From NCBI GenBank assembly GCA_003971905.1, contig RSEE01000111.1:62001-126000 (forward strand): 64,000 bases of DNA. Reading direction: 5' to 3'. The notes beneath the pieces were generated by a model that did not search any database, was not told the origin of the DNA, and saw only the letters and a program-made list of their open reading frames with translations. Of this stretch, positions 26,388 to 38,766 are shown piece after piece. Numbering within the stretch: the stretch's first letter is position 1; the number at the start of each line of letters is the position of its first letter. The stretch comes from Moniliella sp. 'wahieum'. Taxonomy: Eukaryota. A program made the position numbers and the translations under genes.

Positions 26388-28030
26388 CGTCAGTCTTGTG
26401 AAACGGACCTCCCCCCCCCCTCTCCCCTCTCCCTCTTCCCCCTACCTCCTACTAGCTTCTACTAGCTCCCACTACCTTTTCACTGCATCCCCCCCTCCCC
26501 CCCTCTCTCTCTCGATTGGTGTCTTTTTTTTCTCTTGGTAACGCTCCTCTGCATCCTGATGTATTTTCTTCACTTCCCCCCCCCCCGCCCCCTCTTTACC
26601 GAAAACTTTTGTCCTCTCCCATCTGCCCATCTGCCCATTTTGTCCCTTCCCCCCCCGCTGTGCTCTTGACTATTTTTTCCGTTTTCCCTGTTGCTCGTCC
26701 CCCCCGGGGTTTATCTCCGTGGTTTACCTCTGGGGTTTACCTCTGGGGGAGCAGTAGTTACCGGACACAAGAAAGCTCTGCGCTCTTCATTTGATGTTTT
26801 TTTCCTTGTTTTTTCTTATGGTTTTCTCTTGTTTTCTCTTTGGGTGAAGGGGGGGGGGGAGGGTGCGCCTTACTACATACGCTTAACACCTCGGTGCTTG
26901 TATCTGCCCTATGCCCCCCTCCCCCCTTCGTCCCCCGCCTCTGGTGCCCCACTCGCTTGGTGGTCCAATGGACCGACTCTGTTCCTGCTCCTGCTTCTGC
27001 TTCTGCTTGCATTTGGGTTACTTGGGTTGGTTTCAGGTTGGGGTTGGCGGTCGGGTTGGTGGAGGGGGCGATTCGGGTACGGTAGGGTGGCAGCTGAGGC
27101 TGCGGTGGGTAGCTGGCGAAGTGTCAGGCCTCAGGTTCAATGTGGCGACGGCATTTATTGGCATGGGTGTGAGTACGTTGAGTCCGGAGGACGGGAGTAT
27201 GGAAAATCGATGGCAAGATCGAATACCGAACGCCGTGAGTAGTACTCCGAACTCAGAGTAATAATGACGAGTGACAGTAACAATCAAAATGCAGATGGGT
27301 GCACCACTGCATGCCGAGCACAGAGATAGCAGTATTGTGTTGTGCAACGACCGACGACGACGAAAGAGGAGGAGGGTGGGCTACTGGATGTTCCTACGGA
27401 GGCGCGGGAAGGTGGCGGTGCCTGCAGTAGCCTCGAGCGGAGGATGGTGGCAAACACGTGTACGGACTTCGGAATCTAAGGACTAAGTACTTGCGTGTAC
27501 CACTCGACCGTTGGGCCGGCGCCTCACTGAGCATATACGGTATCCAAAGCGGGCGTGGAACAAGAACTAAAATCAAGGCATTGATCCATTAGTCGTTGAA
27601 TGGTCGTAGAATCGCTTTTGTTGTCGTCCAGTGGACGGACGAGAGCGACGGAGAGAGGAGAAACCTGCTCGAGTTGGGCGGGCGCCAGAGGCAATAAGAT
27701 GCGAGGTGGAAGCCCTGGGGCACAAGGGAAGCATCAGGGTGTGACAAGAAAAGGGGGGTCAGACACTCTGCGGTTGGCAGATGAACGGGTGGGCAAGGTG
27801 GTGGAGGTGAGGGTGGGCTACAACAAAGAGACGTTGGCCTCTGTGGGGCTGAGATTCTGAGAGGATCGCCCCAGCTGAAAGCCAAAAAAAAAAAAAGCGA
27901 ATTAACCCGTCAGAGGAATAGTGTGGGGTTTATTGCAGTTTAGTATTAATTGCAGCGCGCCAACTCCGCCTCGAGTTCATTCCGCCGGGAGTCTGCTGTT
28001 AATTTTTTTTTCTCAACGCCCGCCCCACCA

Positions 28031-28064
28031 CATCCATCCATCCATCCATCCATCCATCCATCCA
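28031..28064. repeat. (CATC)n microsatellite upstream of NOP10
   Basis: Run of catc units seen directly. Confidence 0.9.
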
Positions 28065-28107
28065 TCTTCCCTCCGCTCATCCCGCCAGCTCCCCCCTCTC
28101 GCCCACG

Positions 28108-28458
28108 ATGCATTTGATGTACACGCTCGACAGCGTACGTGCCCCGCCTACGCTGCTGCCTCCGCGCCTGCGTCGCGTCTCTCTCTCTACTGACACCGCC
28201 TCCGCTCCAGAACGGCAAGCGCACCTACACGCTCAAGAAGGCCACGCCCGAGGGCGAGGTGACCAAGAGCGCGCACCCAGGTACGTTTTTATTTTTTTTT
28301 TCTCCTCTCCGCCGCCTATGTGCCATTGACCTAACACCACCCCTCACCTCCTTTGCCTGCCATCCAGCCCGCTTCTCGCCGGACGACAAGTTCCCCGGCA
28401 ACGCGTGACGGTCAAGCGCCGCTTTGGTGTGCTGCCCACGCAGCTGAGCAAAGAGTAA
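28108..28458 (+). CDS. NOP10: H/ACA snoRNP subunit Nop10 (two introns)
   Basis: Introns 28135-28210 and 28281-28367 (GTACGT...CAG). Spliced product [41 protein letters not shown](S)[20 protein letters not shown]; one base is missing near 28393. Confidence 0.95.
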
Positions 28459-30033
28459 CTTGCAATGCACCATCTTTTCATGTCGTGGTTGTCTTGGTTG
28501 TCGTGGTTGCCGTGGTGGTTGGTTCGTTGGCGCTTGTGGGCTAGCACTGCGCCACAGCGCCCAACAAACTCAGCGGCACAACCAACTTGTGTTTTGGGGG
28601 TCAGTCTGTGCTGTCGGTGTCTTGGCCTTGCTCCCGTTTCTCGGGTCGACGTGCGGGGGGAAGGGGGACAGAGGAAGCAGGACGTACAAAGATGGTGTCG
28701 CCATCTTCAATGCCGGCACTGAGGAGGGACTGCGTGCCTGGCTCGCTGGGTGTGGTATGGTATGGTGTGGTATGGTGCGTTGGGTTTGGGTCGTACTCAG
28801 TATCCTTCCTCTGCCCACCTGCCGGGGGGAGGGGGAGAGCACGCACAGGGTCCGGCCATAAAACACGAGCCGCTGCCAGCTGGGGTCAATGGACAGCGGC
28901 AGGACAACAAGGTCTTGAGGTCTACCACTGTAGCAGTCGGGGGGAGATAGAACTCATGGTCTGGGGCACAGCGTTCCACGTTCTACGGTCAACGGTCCGG
29001 CCGTGGCAGGCTCTCGTGACGGGCTCTCGTACGAGGGGATGCTGCGCGTGGACGAAGGGGGAGGGGGACGCACCGATCCAGCGGGGGTCCTTGACAGTGA
29101 TGGTGAGGGTGGTGCCATGGCGAGACGCGAGACGCGGGCAGGGGCAAGTGGCAGGAGGGGCGGAGGGATGAGGGCGGGAAGGGGCAGCAAGGGAGGGGTG
29201 TTATTTATAGTTGTCTGATATCCTGGCCATTCCCCTGCTTCCCTAACAGGGGGGGCGCTATCAAGCAACACACGCAAGATAAACGGGTCGGTTTAGGCGT
29301 GGCGTTTCGCTGTCCCAGGCTTCAGCTCAGTGAATGATATGGATGAAGAGTGTAGGATGCGAACACGTAGGCTGCGCAGCTGCGCCAGACCAGCGACGCA
29401 GACACATCGCAGACGCCCTGGAGAGGGCTTGGATCTTGCAGGACGCCTTGGTTTGATTGGAGACGCCTCGGATCGATTGCTTAATGATTGCAGACGCCCT
29501 GGAGCGATTGGACAGGCGCCGGAAAAGCGTGGCAGGCGTCGGCTGGGCGGAGGAGCAGGGGCGGCCCGAGGGGACTGATGATCGATGATCACCCACCAGC
29601 GCACCCACACTCGTCTGCTGCCGCGCACGCACACTGGCGCCCTGCCGCGTCGGCCAGATGGGTGCCGGGACGCAGGGTTGGTTACGTACGCAGGACATGG
29701 CGCTGTGCGGCTGGCACACACACGGCGTCTCCCCTGGCGCATGCAGCGAGCCCAGCCGAGTCCCTCGCGGCTCGCGGCTCGTCACTGCTTGGTTGTTCTC
29801 ATCGCCATCCTCATCGCCATCCTCATCGCCACCTCATCGCCATCCTCATCGCCATCTCATCGCCATCCTCTCGCCATCCCATCGCCATCCCCATCGCCAT
29901 CCTCATCCCCCTCGACGACACCCTCCCCCTCGCCTCGCCATCCCCACCCCACCGCCCATGGCCCGTGGCGGGCTGCACTACGACGGCAGTGTCCCAGCCC
30001 GCCCTGCGTGCTGGGCGGCATCAGTACGCCGAC

Positions 30034-31333
30034 ATGGCCTCCCTCCTCCCCCACCTCAACACCACCGACCCCGTCATGGCCGCCTATGCGCGCGTCGTGT
30101 ACACTGCGCTGGCCTACGAGCAGGCGGCGGCCAGTGCACCGCTGTCAAGGCCCTGGCCGACGTGCGTCTTGCCGTGACCTACATCATCATCTACACCTCA
30201 CTGTGCACGGTGCTGTTTCTGCTGCTCACCACCGTCCTGCTCAAGGGCGGCCTGGAGAGCGCCAAGCGCCGCTCGCCCATCGTCTGGCTCCTCGCTGCTC
30301 CATCCTCCTCGGCCTTGTCGCCTCTGTCTTTGACACGGTCTTCTGGACCGTCGAGATGGTCAATGCGCGCATCCCGTCCCAGGTCGCCAATGGCCTGTAC
30401 GTGGTGGAAGACCTGATGCTTTCTTGTGCCCTGGGTTGTTGTCTGGGCGCTGATCCTCCGCCTGGCTGTCTTCTGGCCCCCAGCTCTGTTTGGGCGCAAG
30501 AAACAGTTGCTGGTCATCTTGCCTCCTTCGGTACTGCAGTGTGCCAGTTGGCCTGCTACGGCCTCGTCCTGCGCAGCGTCCACCACAGCGACAGCCGCAT
30601 TGCCTCTGACTTCTCGCCGCAAGTCAGCCAGCCCAAACCTGCGAGCATGGTGCTGGGTCAGCACGCGTCTGCCATCCGCATGCGCTGGGACCACGCGCAC
30701 TACGCGACGTTGTCACTGCGCTTCTCTATGTCAACGTGGGCTTGTCACGACAATGGTGGCGGATGCGCTCCCACCGTGGCACAGGCACCTTGGCACAACT
30801 GCGTCGGTGGATTGGCAAAGCACCTGATCCTATCTTACGTCTTGCTTTGCCACCTACCATGGCCACCGCTGCGCCGACTCCTTGGCGCGGGAAGAGGAAG
30901 CGCGGCTCTACCGTTCGCTCCGACCGCAACGAAGGGTCGGGCTGTGGTGGACGTTGATTCGTACACTGCATTTTCTCGCGTTTGGGTTCTGGGTGCCGAC
31001 AGCTACGGCGGTAGCTAGTTGGGTCGTGCTGGCTACCCAGAAAACTGGAGGTGGCCATGTACCTCGAAGGGCGTTGGTGTATGTCTTCCCCTTGGCGGGC
31101 ATGTGGCCTGCTTGGGCGCCACATCCCGATCTGGATCGAGAAAACCACTATACCCTTCGGCCACAACCACGTTTGTTACGCCCCCGAGGAAGGGGAAGAG
31201 TCCAAGTACGATCCTGGCGAGAAAGGAAACCGGAGCTGGAGGCGGATCCGGAGCAGGGCAGGAGCAGGAGCAGGAGCAGGCACACGAAAACGAGGGCATA
31301 CCCAAGCCCATGGGACCGAGGTGGTATCTCTAG
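30034..31333 (+). CDS. Multi-pass membrane protein (possibly 7TM), frameshifted
   Basis: Start MASLLPHLNTTDP (N-glycosylation sequon NTT). Hydrophobic segments AVTYIIIYTSLCTVLFLLLTTVLL, ILLGLVASVFDTVFW, WVVVWALILRLAVFWPP, LILSYVLL and FLAFGFWVPTATAVASWVVLA. End approximate. Confidence 0.6.
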
Positions 31334-33229
31334 CGGACTTTTTGATGGACTCACCTCCCTGACCGACTCATTTTCTTCCCCCTGTCCTGGGCCACCTTCG
31401 CCTCCGCTCCAGGACAGGTGCGAGAGCCGGACCGGTGGGTTTCCCCTGCTGCGGTCTGGTCCGAGTGCGCTTCCGACGCACGAAGTGTCAAGGGAGCGGG
31501 GTAAGGGGGTAAGGGCAAGCAAAAGGAAAGAAAAGAAAAGCCAAAAAAAGTGGTGGTTGGGGGGGGGCTTCGGTCCTCCATGCCATGCCTTGCCTATGTT
31601 GTCGCACTATGTACCTTACCTTACCGTACCTATCTTGCCTTACCTTGCCTCACCGGCTCGCCGCCCACCTCTCCGCACCATGCTAACACGCTCACGTTGC
31701 CCCCCGCCTCGTTCCAGCTTGCCCCCTGCCCCTTTTGCTCTCTATATCTACTGCTCTGGCCTCGCGGATGCGAGGTCCCAATCGTTGTACTTGTGCGTTG
31801 GACGATCGATGGTGATACCCTTAATGGACGGCCGTGGTGGTGGTGGTGGTGGTAGTGGTAATGGTAGTGGGAGGGTGCAATGGCGGCGAGGGGAACTTTT
31901 CAATAGTGTGTGTGGGCGACTGTGCTTTTTGGGCGACTGTAATCTTACGCTACATACTGGGGGGGCGGGCGGGGGGCTGGTGTGTGGGTGTGTGACAGGT
32001 GACACAAACAGCTTGTGACTTATGAAGCTTGAAGTTCAAGTTGAACCTTAAGGCCTAAAGGGGATAATAGGGGTCGGTAATGGGGTGGTTGTCCACTGAT
32101 ACTGGTTCCTGACCCGTCTGTCCCGCTGCTGTAGCCGGGGCGCCCCAGGGCGGTCTGTGGTATTCCGAGTGGGAGAGAAACGCGGGGGAAAGTAGGATGG
32201 ATCGCCGGGGAATGCACGGAAGGAGGGGGGGCGAGGGAGCAGGTATGCGTGGATTGGGTGGGCACGAAGCGGGGTTTGGTCGATCGTTTGGTCGATCGTT
32301 GCGTGCAAAAGCCTAGCGATGGACGTTGGACGTTGGACGTTGGACGTTGAGGGCGAATGGCAGCAAGCGGACCCAGGCGCGTCTTGCCAGTGTGTGGGCG
32401 CAGGATGGGTGGGTGTCGAGTGGAGCGGAGGCGACGGACGCTGTTGTGGCGGCCAGCCACAGCAGCGGGTGGTGCGTGCGGTGGCAGAGGCGGGAGGACT
32501 GCGGGGATGTGGAGCGTTCGGGTGGGCGGCGGGGGTTACCGTTGCGTTGGATGGGAGGATGTGGTGGCCGCCGTCGAAGCACTAAACACGGCAAGCAGGT
32601 GGCTGTCGACAAGCACACTGGCCCTGCCGCTCCCTCGGTTGCAGCGTCGGTGGGGCGGCGGCGTCTGGGAGGCGGTGGGGCTGCTCTTAGCCGGCGCTGA
32701 TCCACGCCCACTGCCCGCCCGCCACGTTCTCCGCCCCCGATCGCCGTTGCCGCGGGCGGTTCGGGTTAGGTCGCTCTCGCCTCCTCTCTTCCTCTTCCTC
32801 TTCTTTTCCCCCCCTCCTCCACCTCCCTCCCCCCCCCTCTCTCTTAGCCCGTCGCCCGACCTTGTGCAAACTCCTTTTTGCTTTCTGCCGTTCCCCCCCC
32901 ACACGCGCCCTTTGCACCGGCGCAGAGGTGCCCACGCCTCGTTACCCGCCCAGCAGCAACTTGCTTCGTATGTCCGCCCCCACGCCTTCCCCTGGCCCGA
33001 ACAGGACGGTACGTGTGCCCCTCTCCTCTCCCTCCCGCCCCGACGGCAACGCCACATCGGATCGGCCCTCGCCTGTGTCCCCTCCCAGGGGGCGGGCGGG
33101 CGGCTTGCTTGTGGGCCGACGGTTGGGTGTGGTGGCAGAACCCCGACGGTGGATTAGATTCGACGCGTCGAGAGGGACCGCGGACGGAGGGCTCGTATCC
33201 CACAAAAGTGGCTACTTTACTAACCCGCC

Positions 33230-33230
33230 G

Positions 33231-33271
<41 letters not shown>

Positions 33272-33272
33272 G
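33230..33272. repeat. (GTCT)n microsatellite
   Basis: About 10 tandem GTCT units seen directly. Confidence 0.95.
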
Positions 33273-33309
33273 CTCTTCTGGCCTGGCTGTGCATGTCTCG
33301 ACGATGCAT

Positions 33310-36287
33310 GATGGCCACCATGGATGACCCCCGCCTCGCACCCGCCCCCTCTCCGCCGCTCCGATCGGGAAATGGGTCGACGGGAACGGGGCCACCACCT
33401 CGATCGCCGCTGTTGCCTGGTTGCTTGTCCCCCGGTGCTTGTCCCGCCATGCTTGGGCCCTGCCCGCCGTCCGTCGTGATGGCGTGTGTGTGCGCCTCTG
33501 CCTCTGCCTCTGCCTCCGCCTCCGCCTCCGTCACCACGCCCCCTTGGCGCTCCAGCCCGCCCCGCCATGCTCAACCCCCCGCCCGCCGTGCCGGACGACC
33601 GCCGCTCGGTGCGCCGCCCGGCGCCCTTGTCCTTGTCCCCCCACGCAGCGCGCAGCGCGCACCTCACCGCGCCCACCCCCCCGCTCGTCCGAGTTTCCCC
33701 TCTCGCCCATCTCGCCTCTTGACCGCACCCCGCACGCGCGGCTCGGATCCGGATTCGACCCCCTCTGCCCCTGGACGCTGCCCGACACGCCCGACACGCC
33801 CCTCGACCCACGCAGCCCCTCCCTCGGCTGCCCGCCCGCCGGCGGCGTCGCTGTTGGCGCACCCACGGGCGTTGGTGTTGGTATCGGGCTTGGGCTTGGC
33901 TTCCTCCCCACCCTCCGGCCCCAGGACCTGGACCGTCGCCTGGATCGGGACCGTGCGGACCATCGTGCGCCCACCTCGGCGGCGCCTTTCTTCCCCGCAC
34001 CCCACTTATCCTCCCCCCCACACCCACACCCACACCCACCCACAAGCACGAAGCGGAAACGTCCGAGGCAACCGCACGCGAGATTCACTTACTCCGCACG
34101 GCATCTGTGCCGGACTTCCACGCTGGCCGTGCCAGTCCCGCCGCCACACGGTTGCCCGCCTCTTCCCAGCACGCTTCGCACTTTGGCCTGGCACGGTTCC
34201 CTCCGCACACGGTGCCTCGTGGTCTAGGTTCGCCCTTGATCAACCCGCCCCGTTCGGCACCTTTTCACCACGGCATTTTCCCCCTCTTTGCCTTCCCTCC
34301 CTTCCTCCTCCTTCCCCCGCCTACCTCCTCCCCCTCGCTCCCCATCCGCGCCGACTTGCACTTCAAGCCGTTTGGCGCACATGCGTCCCCGCACCTGCTG
34401 AGCCACCCAAGCCTCCTTGGCCATCCCAGTCACCCGAACCATGCGAGCCACCTCACCAACCCGAGTAACCCGAGCAACCTAAGCAACCAGAGTAACCTAA
34501 GCAACCTAAGCAACCCGAGTAACCTAAACAACCTGAACAATCCGAGTAACCTCAGCAATCCGAGCAACCTCAGCAACCTCAGTACCGATCCACTCGAATC
34601 ATCCCACCTACCCCAACCGCCTGTGCTCCTACGCCTCCTCGCCGAAATGGAAGTGGACTCGCCCACGCCCACGCCACTCCCTTCCCACCCCCTACTACGA
34701 GAGACGACGACCGCGCCAGGGACGGAACGCTGGGCCGCTGCACCCTTGTCCGTATCTTATCTTTTGGTCCTGTGTGGGCAGCCCAAGTGGGCAAGGAGGA
34801 AACCGTGTTGTTTTCACGCCAACAGGATATGGTACGTCCCCCCCCCCTCCCCCTATCGCGCCGTACACGTAACCACTTGAATTGGCATGGTCAGCCGTTC
34901 TAACTCTTCTTCTTTTCCAGCTCATCTTTGGTGGTCGGAACGGGTTCAACCCGCGCCATCCACTTGGCTTTGTGCGCACGTTGCACAGCTTTGAGCGATG
35001 GGAAAAGATTGTGGATACGGGAAACGTAGGAGCGTTCCGGTTCCAGCGGGGCGACTGGTTTTGTGACTTGTGTGGGGAAAAAATGTGGCGGTGGCGCTTG
35101 TCGTGTCGGAAATGCAAGACGGAGCATGCGGCAACGCGGTTGCAGGATCGGAACCAGATTGGGGTCAGCTTGACCCCGGCCGCACTGGCAACTGCTTGGG
35201 AACGGGTCAAACGGACGGAACAGGCCATGTTGTCCGCTACTCTCTCGGCTCTTCACACTATCCCTTCCCTTCCCTTGTCTTTGTCTTGTCCTTGCCCTTG
35301 CCCCTGCCCAGCCCGGCCGTTTTCTACTCCACCGCTGGCTCAGACGACCGACGTCCCCCCGTCCCACCCGTCCCATCCGTCCCATCCGTCCCATCCGTCC
35401 CATCCGTCCCATCCGTCACTTGCTTCTCTCCCCCCTCGCCCGGGACGGGCTCCCGGGCTGGGCATGCCATCCGGGGTACTATCTCCTTTGGCACTTCGTG
35501 CGTTCGCCTGCGCCATTGCTCCAACCCGTTTCGTCACGCTGTACCCTTCGCCGCTGGCCGATGTAGGATACGGACCGGAGCCCAGTCGTCGTCCGAGCTT
35601 TGTCCCGAGCCCAAGCCCTACCCTTGGCCCCATCCCCACGGCACCTGCTACGCCCCTGGCCCAGACGGACCTCGCCGCCCACCCATCTCCCACCCCAACC
35701 CAGCACGACAGCACCAACGGGCCAACAGGACCAACGGGACTAACGGGACTAACGGGACCAATGTGACCAACGGGGCCAACGGGGCTGATGCCCCTACCAC
35801 CCCAGCGGCGTCCCTCCCCACCAACCCGTTCTTCCACCCCACGCCAACCTCCACCTCGCACGTGACCGTAGCCGCGCCTTCGAACGTCAATCCGTCCTCG
35901 CATCCCAGCCCGAATCTGAATCTGATCTGAGTCTGAGCCCGACCTGGGTCTAAGTCCCACCTGTGTCTGAGCCCGAACTTGGGTCTGAGTCCCAACCTCA
36001 ACGCGAATGCGAACCTGAATCCGAATCCGAACCCGAACCCGAATCTGAACCCGAATCTGAATCCGAGTCTGAATGCGACTGCGACCGCCACCGTGATGGC
36101 GACGACGCTGGATCCGGACCTGGCTTACGTCCCGGACCACCGAGCCACACCACCCGCCTCCGCACTACGTTCTCACCTCAGCCCGTTGACCCAGATGTCC
36201 CCCCTCCTCGCTCACCTTCCTCTCCGCCCGAGCGTGCGTGATACGCTTCACCCTACCAAGGGTTTGACTCCTAAGTTCAGCGTGTAG
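33310..36287 (+). CDS. Low-complexity protein with a RanBP2-type zinc finger
   Basis: FRFQRGDWFCDLCGEKMWRWRLSCRKC (~35035-35115; W-x-C-x2-C-x10-C-x2-C). Probable intron ~34832(GTACGT)-34920(CAG). Pro/Ser/Asn-rich arms. Start and end approximate; frameshifted. Confidence 0.65.
34455..34582 (+). repeat. 9-bp coding microrepeat (SNP/SNL tripeptides)
   Basis: Translates as NPSNPSNLSNQSNLSNLSNPSNLNNLNNPSNLSNPSNLSNLS. Confidence 0.85.
35361..35417 (+). repeat. 9-bp tandem repeat (ccatccgtc)n encoding PSH repeats
   Basis: About 6 tandem units seen directly. Confidence 0.9.
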
Positions 36288-36403
36288 CTGGGATTCTCCT
36301 GCCCCCCTGACTTTCTGAACATGTTCTCTTTTTTACCGTCCCAGTAATCGTATGCGACACTGACACCAGTACATATTGTTGGCCTTTTAGCTGATGCGTC
36401 CTA

Positions 36404-36457
36404 TCATTGACAGAGCCTAAGGCTGGGACAGGGGGAATGCTACGCCTAAACCGAACC
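36404..36457 (+). repeat. 54-bp dispersed motif, copy 1 (TIR-like)
   Basis: TCATTGACAGAGCCTAAGGCTGGGACAGGGGGAATGCTACGCCTAAACCGAACC; 4 mismatches to the reverse complement of 42231-42284. Confidence 0.9.
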
Positions 36458-36839
36458 GTTCATCTGCGGGGGTTACCTGGAAGCGCCCCCAGGTTAAAAG
36501 TAGCTTATTCAGTACACCATCGATCATCTGCATCATCAATAGTATCAGACGCAGATCACGTGCATCATGTATTGTTGCCACGTCACCCACCGGTGCCTTG
36601 CCTGATCGTAGATGTGAAAGCTAGACCCTAGAGTTGCCGCGCGCAGGCCAGCAGGCCACGTGTACATTCCTGTCCCACTGCTTGCTCTGTCCTCTTCGCC
36701 ACCACCTCTCCTTCCCCCTTCCCTTCTTCTCGCTCACCTCGTTACTTGATTCCTACTCGCTGATCGTCTGTGGTTTAGAGACTAGGTGTCTCCAGGTCAG
36801 AGCCTTCCACGCGTCGCTACAGTATGCGTCATGTGCATC

Positions 36840-38244
36840 ATGCAATGATCAATTGATCTCGGTTGTAGAATGGATAAGCACTTGGTCCAGCCCCTTGCCT
36901 CTCAGTTGGGGGACGAGCATTCCATGTCACCAGCAGCTGTGGCCAAATGAATAGCCGTGGTTGTTTCCCCCTTGGTGCATCCAGCATTGACCCACCCGCA
37001 ACTCCCACATTTGCGAAGACGTAGCCTGTTCCTGTCCATACACGTGTGTAAAAGGTAAGCACCACTGGTGGAGGCTGAACTCGATCGCCTTTGACCACAA
37101 ATGTTGTTGTTCTGGATAGATGACCAATGACATACCGAGGATGGATTGCGCTTGAAAAGTTGAACCCAAAAGTAGATATCTTCTTTGTACCCCGAACGAG
37201 GAAACTCTTGACCCTTGTACCAATCCCTGTACGCTTGAATCTGCTCCCTGGTGAATCGTATGTAAATATCATGAAGGGTACACCAAAGCGAGAAGCAGCG
37301 TAGCATTTCTCCAGACCTTATCGTTGTCGTGCACCCAATATGAGAGGTTGTAGTCTTCATGTTCATAATCCCACGACACTCATGAGAATGGGAATTTAAG
37401 TCAGCCTCAAGTTACTGTTACACAAATATGAATGTACAGTACGCACCGTAATGGTACAAGGGCTGCTTCGCCCTTTTCGAGAACTGAAAAATGACCCATA
37501 TAAGGTACAAATGGCCACCGTCACTCCGAAAACGAGGAGTCGAACGAAGGCTGCTGGTTGACTGCTTCCTTCGTACCCTTGATCAAGAATCGCGTCTTAT
37601 CGTGCTCCACAGTCGAATGTACGCCAACTGGTGACGCTATTACAGGCCAAATATTGGTTAATATTCCTGTGAGATAGTTCGACGGACCAGAGGAAGAGCG
37701 TACTTACCGGCATACCCCCGCTACCACAGGCAAATCAGCAACCATAAGAATGAACGAAGATCCCGGAACAGTGAAGTCGATACGGGGTGCAGCCACTTGG
37801 TCCAAGGACGTCGCTGCGGTGCCCCCTGCGCCACGTATTGCAATCCGGTGAGAACACTCGGTATACCAACGCCAATACTATGTTGATAATGAGAGATCGC
37901 TTGGTCTTGGCATGGTTGGTTGAGTTGGTTGACAGAATGGCCAAAATCTCTCTAAACAAAATCACCTCGGTGCAGGATAACCCGGTTAGAGACCACTGTT
38001 CGATTGGCAACGATATATCGCACCAATCAATGGTCGTGCACGGTCTGAGTGTTACCGCCGATAGCATTTTGACATTGGAATATTTCCAGATGTTGGTCGT
38101 CATGATCGTGCTTGACACAATCGAGTAAAGCAGTACTCGGTACGCATAGATGCCCGCCCTTCTTGAGTTGCACAGGAGGAGAAGACGACCAAACATGCTC
38201 AAGACACCGAGTGTACCTACGATGCCGGAATATGCCGTTACCAT
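36840..38244 (-). CDS. STE3: STE3-type (Pra) mating pheromone receptor, 7TM GPCR; introns plus frameshifts in this assembly
   Basis: STE3 hallmarks in order from ATG 38244: WCDIS; FREILAI..KRSLIINIVL; (shifted) GIPSVLTGLQYVAQGHR-SDVLGPSGCTP; intron 37707(GTAAGT)-37667(CAG); NIWPVI; FVRLLVFGV; probable second intron from ~37445; SWDYEHEDY; FMIFTY(G)FTREQIQAYRDWY. C-terminal end approximate. Confidence 0.88.
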
Positions 38245-38717
38245 GGCTGGTGTTTTGAGGGGGATCGAAAGACTGAGTTGGAAAGAAGAGGTGAAAATGA
38301 TATAAAAGAATGTGGGAGGACCACGTATATATGTACTTCGGGATTACTAAAATACTATAATGCTGCTATATATAGGATCGGACGATCCGGCAAAACGATA
38401 TGGGGAAGATTATCGATACTAACGGTCGGTGTTGTCACGCGTGACTCATTCATTAATCATGCAGAAACACTTTTACTTACACATATTGACGGAAAGACTT
38501 CACTCTTGAGAAGCTTGAAGCTTGAAAGCACACAAAAGGAGGCAAACGCATATATTGCCTTTGGGCCTCTCCCATACAGGCTGCCACAAGGCCGGGTCGC
38601 GTGCACAGAGAAATGAGCGTAGCCGAAGCAACACCCCCCAGAACGGGTTTAGCTGTAACAGTCAGTTTAATCGAAGGAACAATACCGGAAGGGGCGATGG
38701 GTGATACAAAAAAGGAC

Positions 38718-38726
38718 ACAAAGGGA
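38718..38726 (+). promoter_or_regulatory. Pheromone response element ACAAAGGGA (Prf1/HMG-type) in the STE3-pheromone 1 divergent promoter
   Basis: Exact match to the Ustilago maydis PRE consensus; 300 bp upstream of the pheromone ATG. Confidence 0.7.
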
Positions 38727-38766
38727 AAATGCTGCAAAAGGGGGGAGACCAAAAAAGCCGCACCTG

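Noticed and set aside
112..34468. Many long overlapping Arg/Gly/Pro-rich ORFs antisense to or out of frame with the real genes
   Set aside because: Expected shadow ORFs in very GC-rich DNA; no recognisable domains.
34455..36080. Short periodic repeats as a CRISPR-like array
   Set aside because: They are 6-9-bp tandem coding microrepeats without unique spacers, in eukaryotic DNA with no cas genes.
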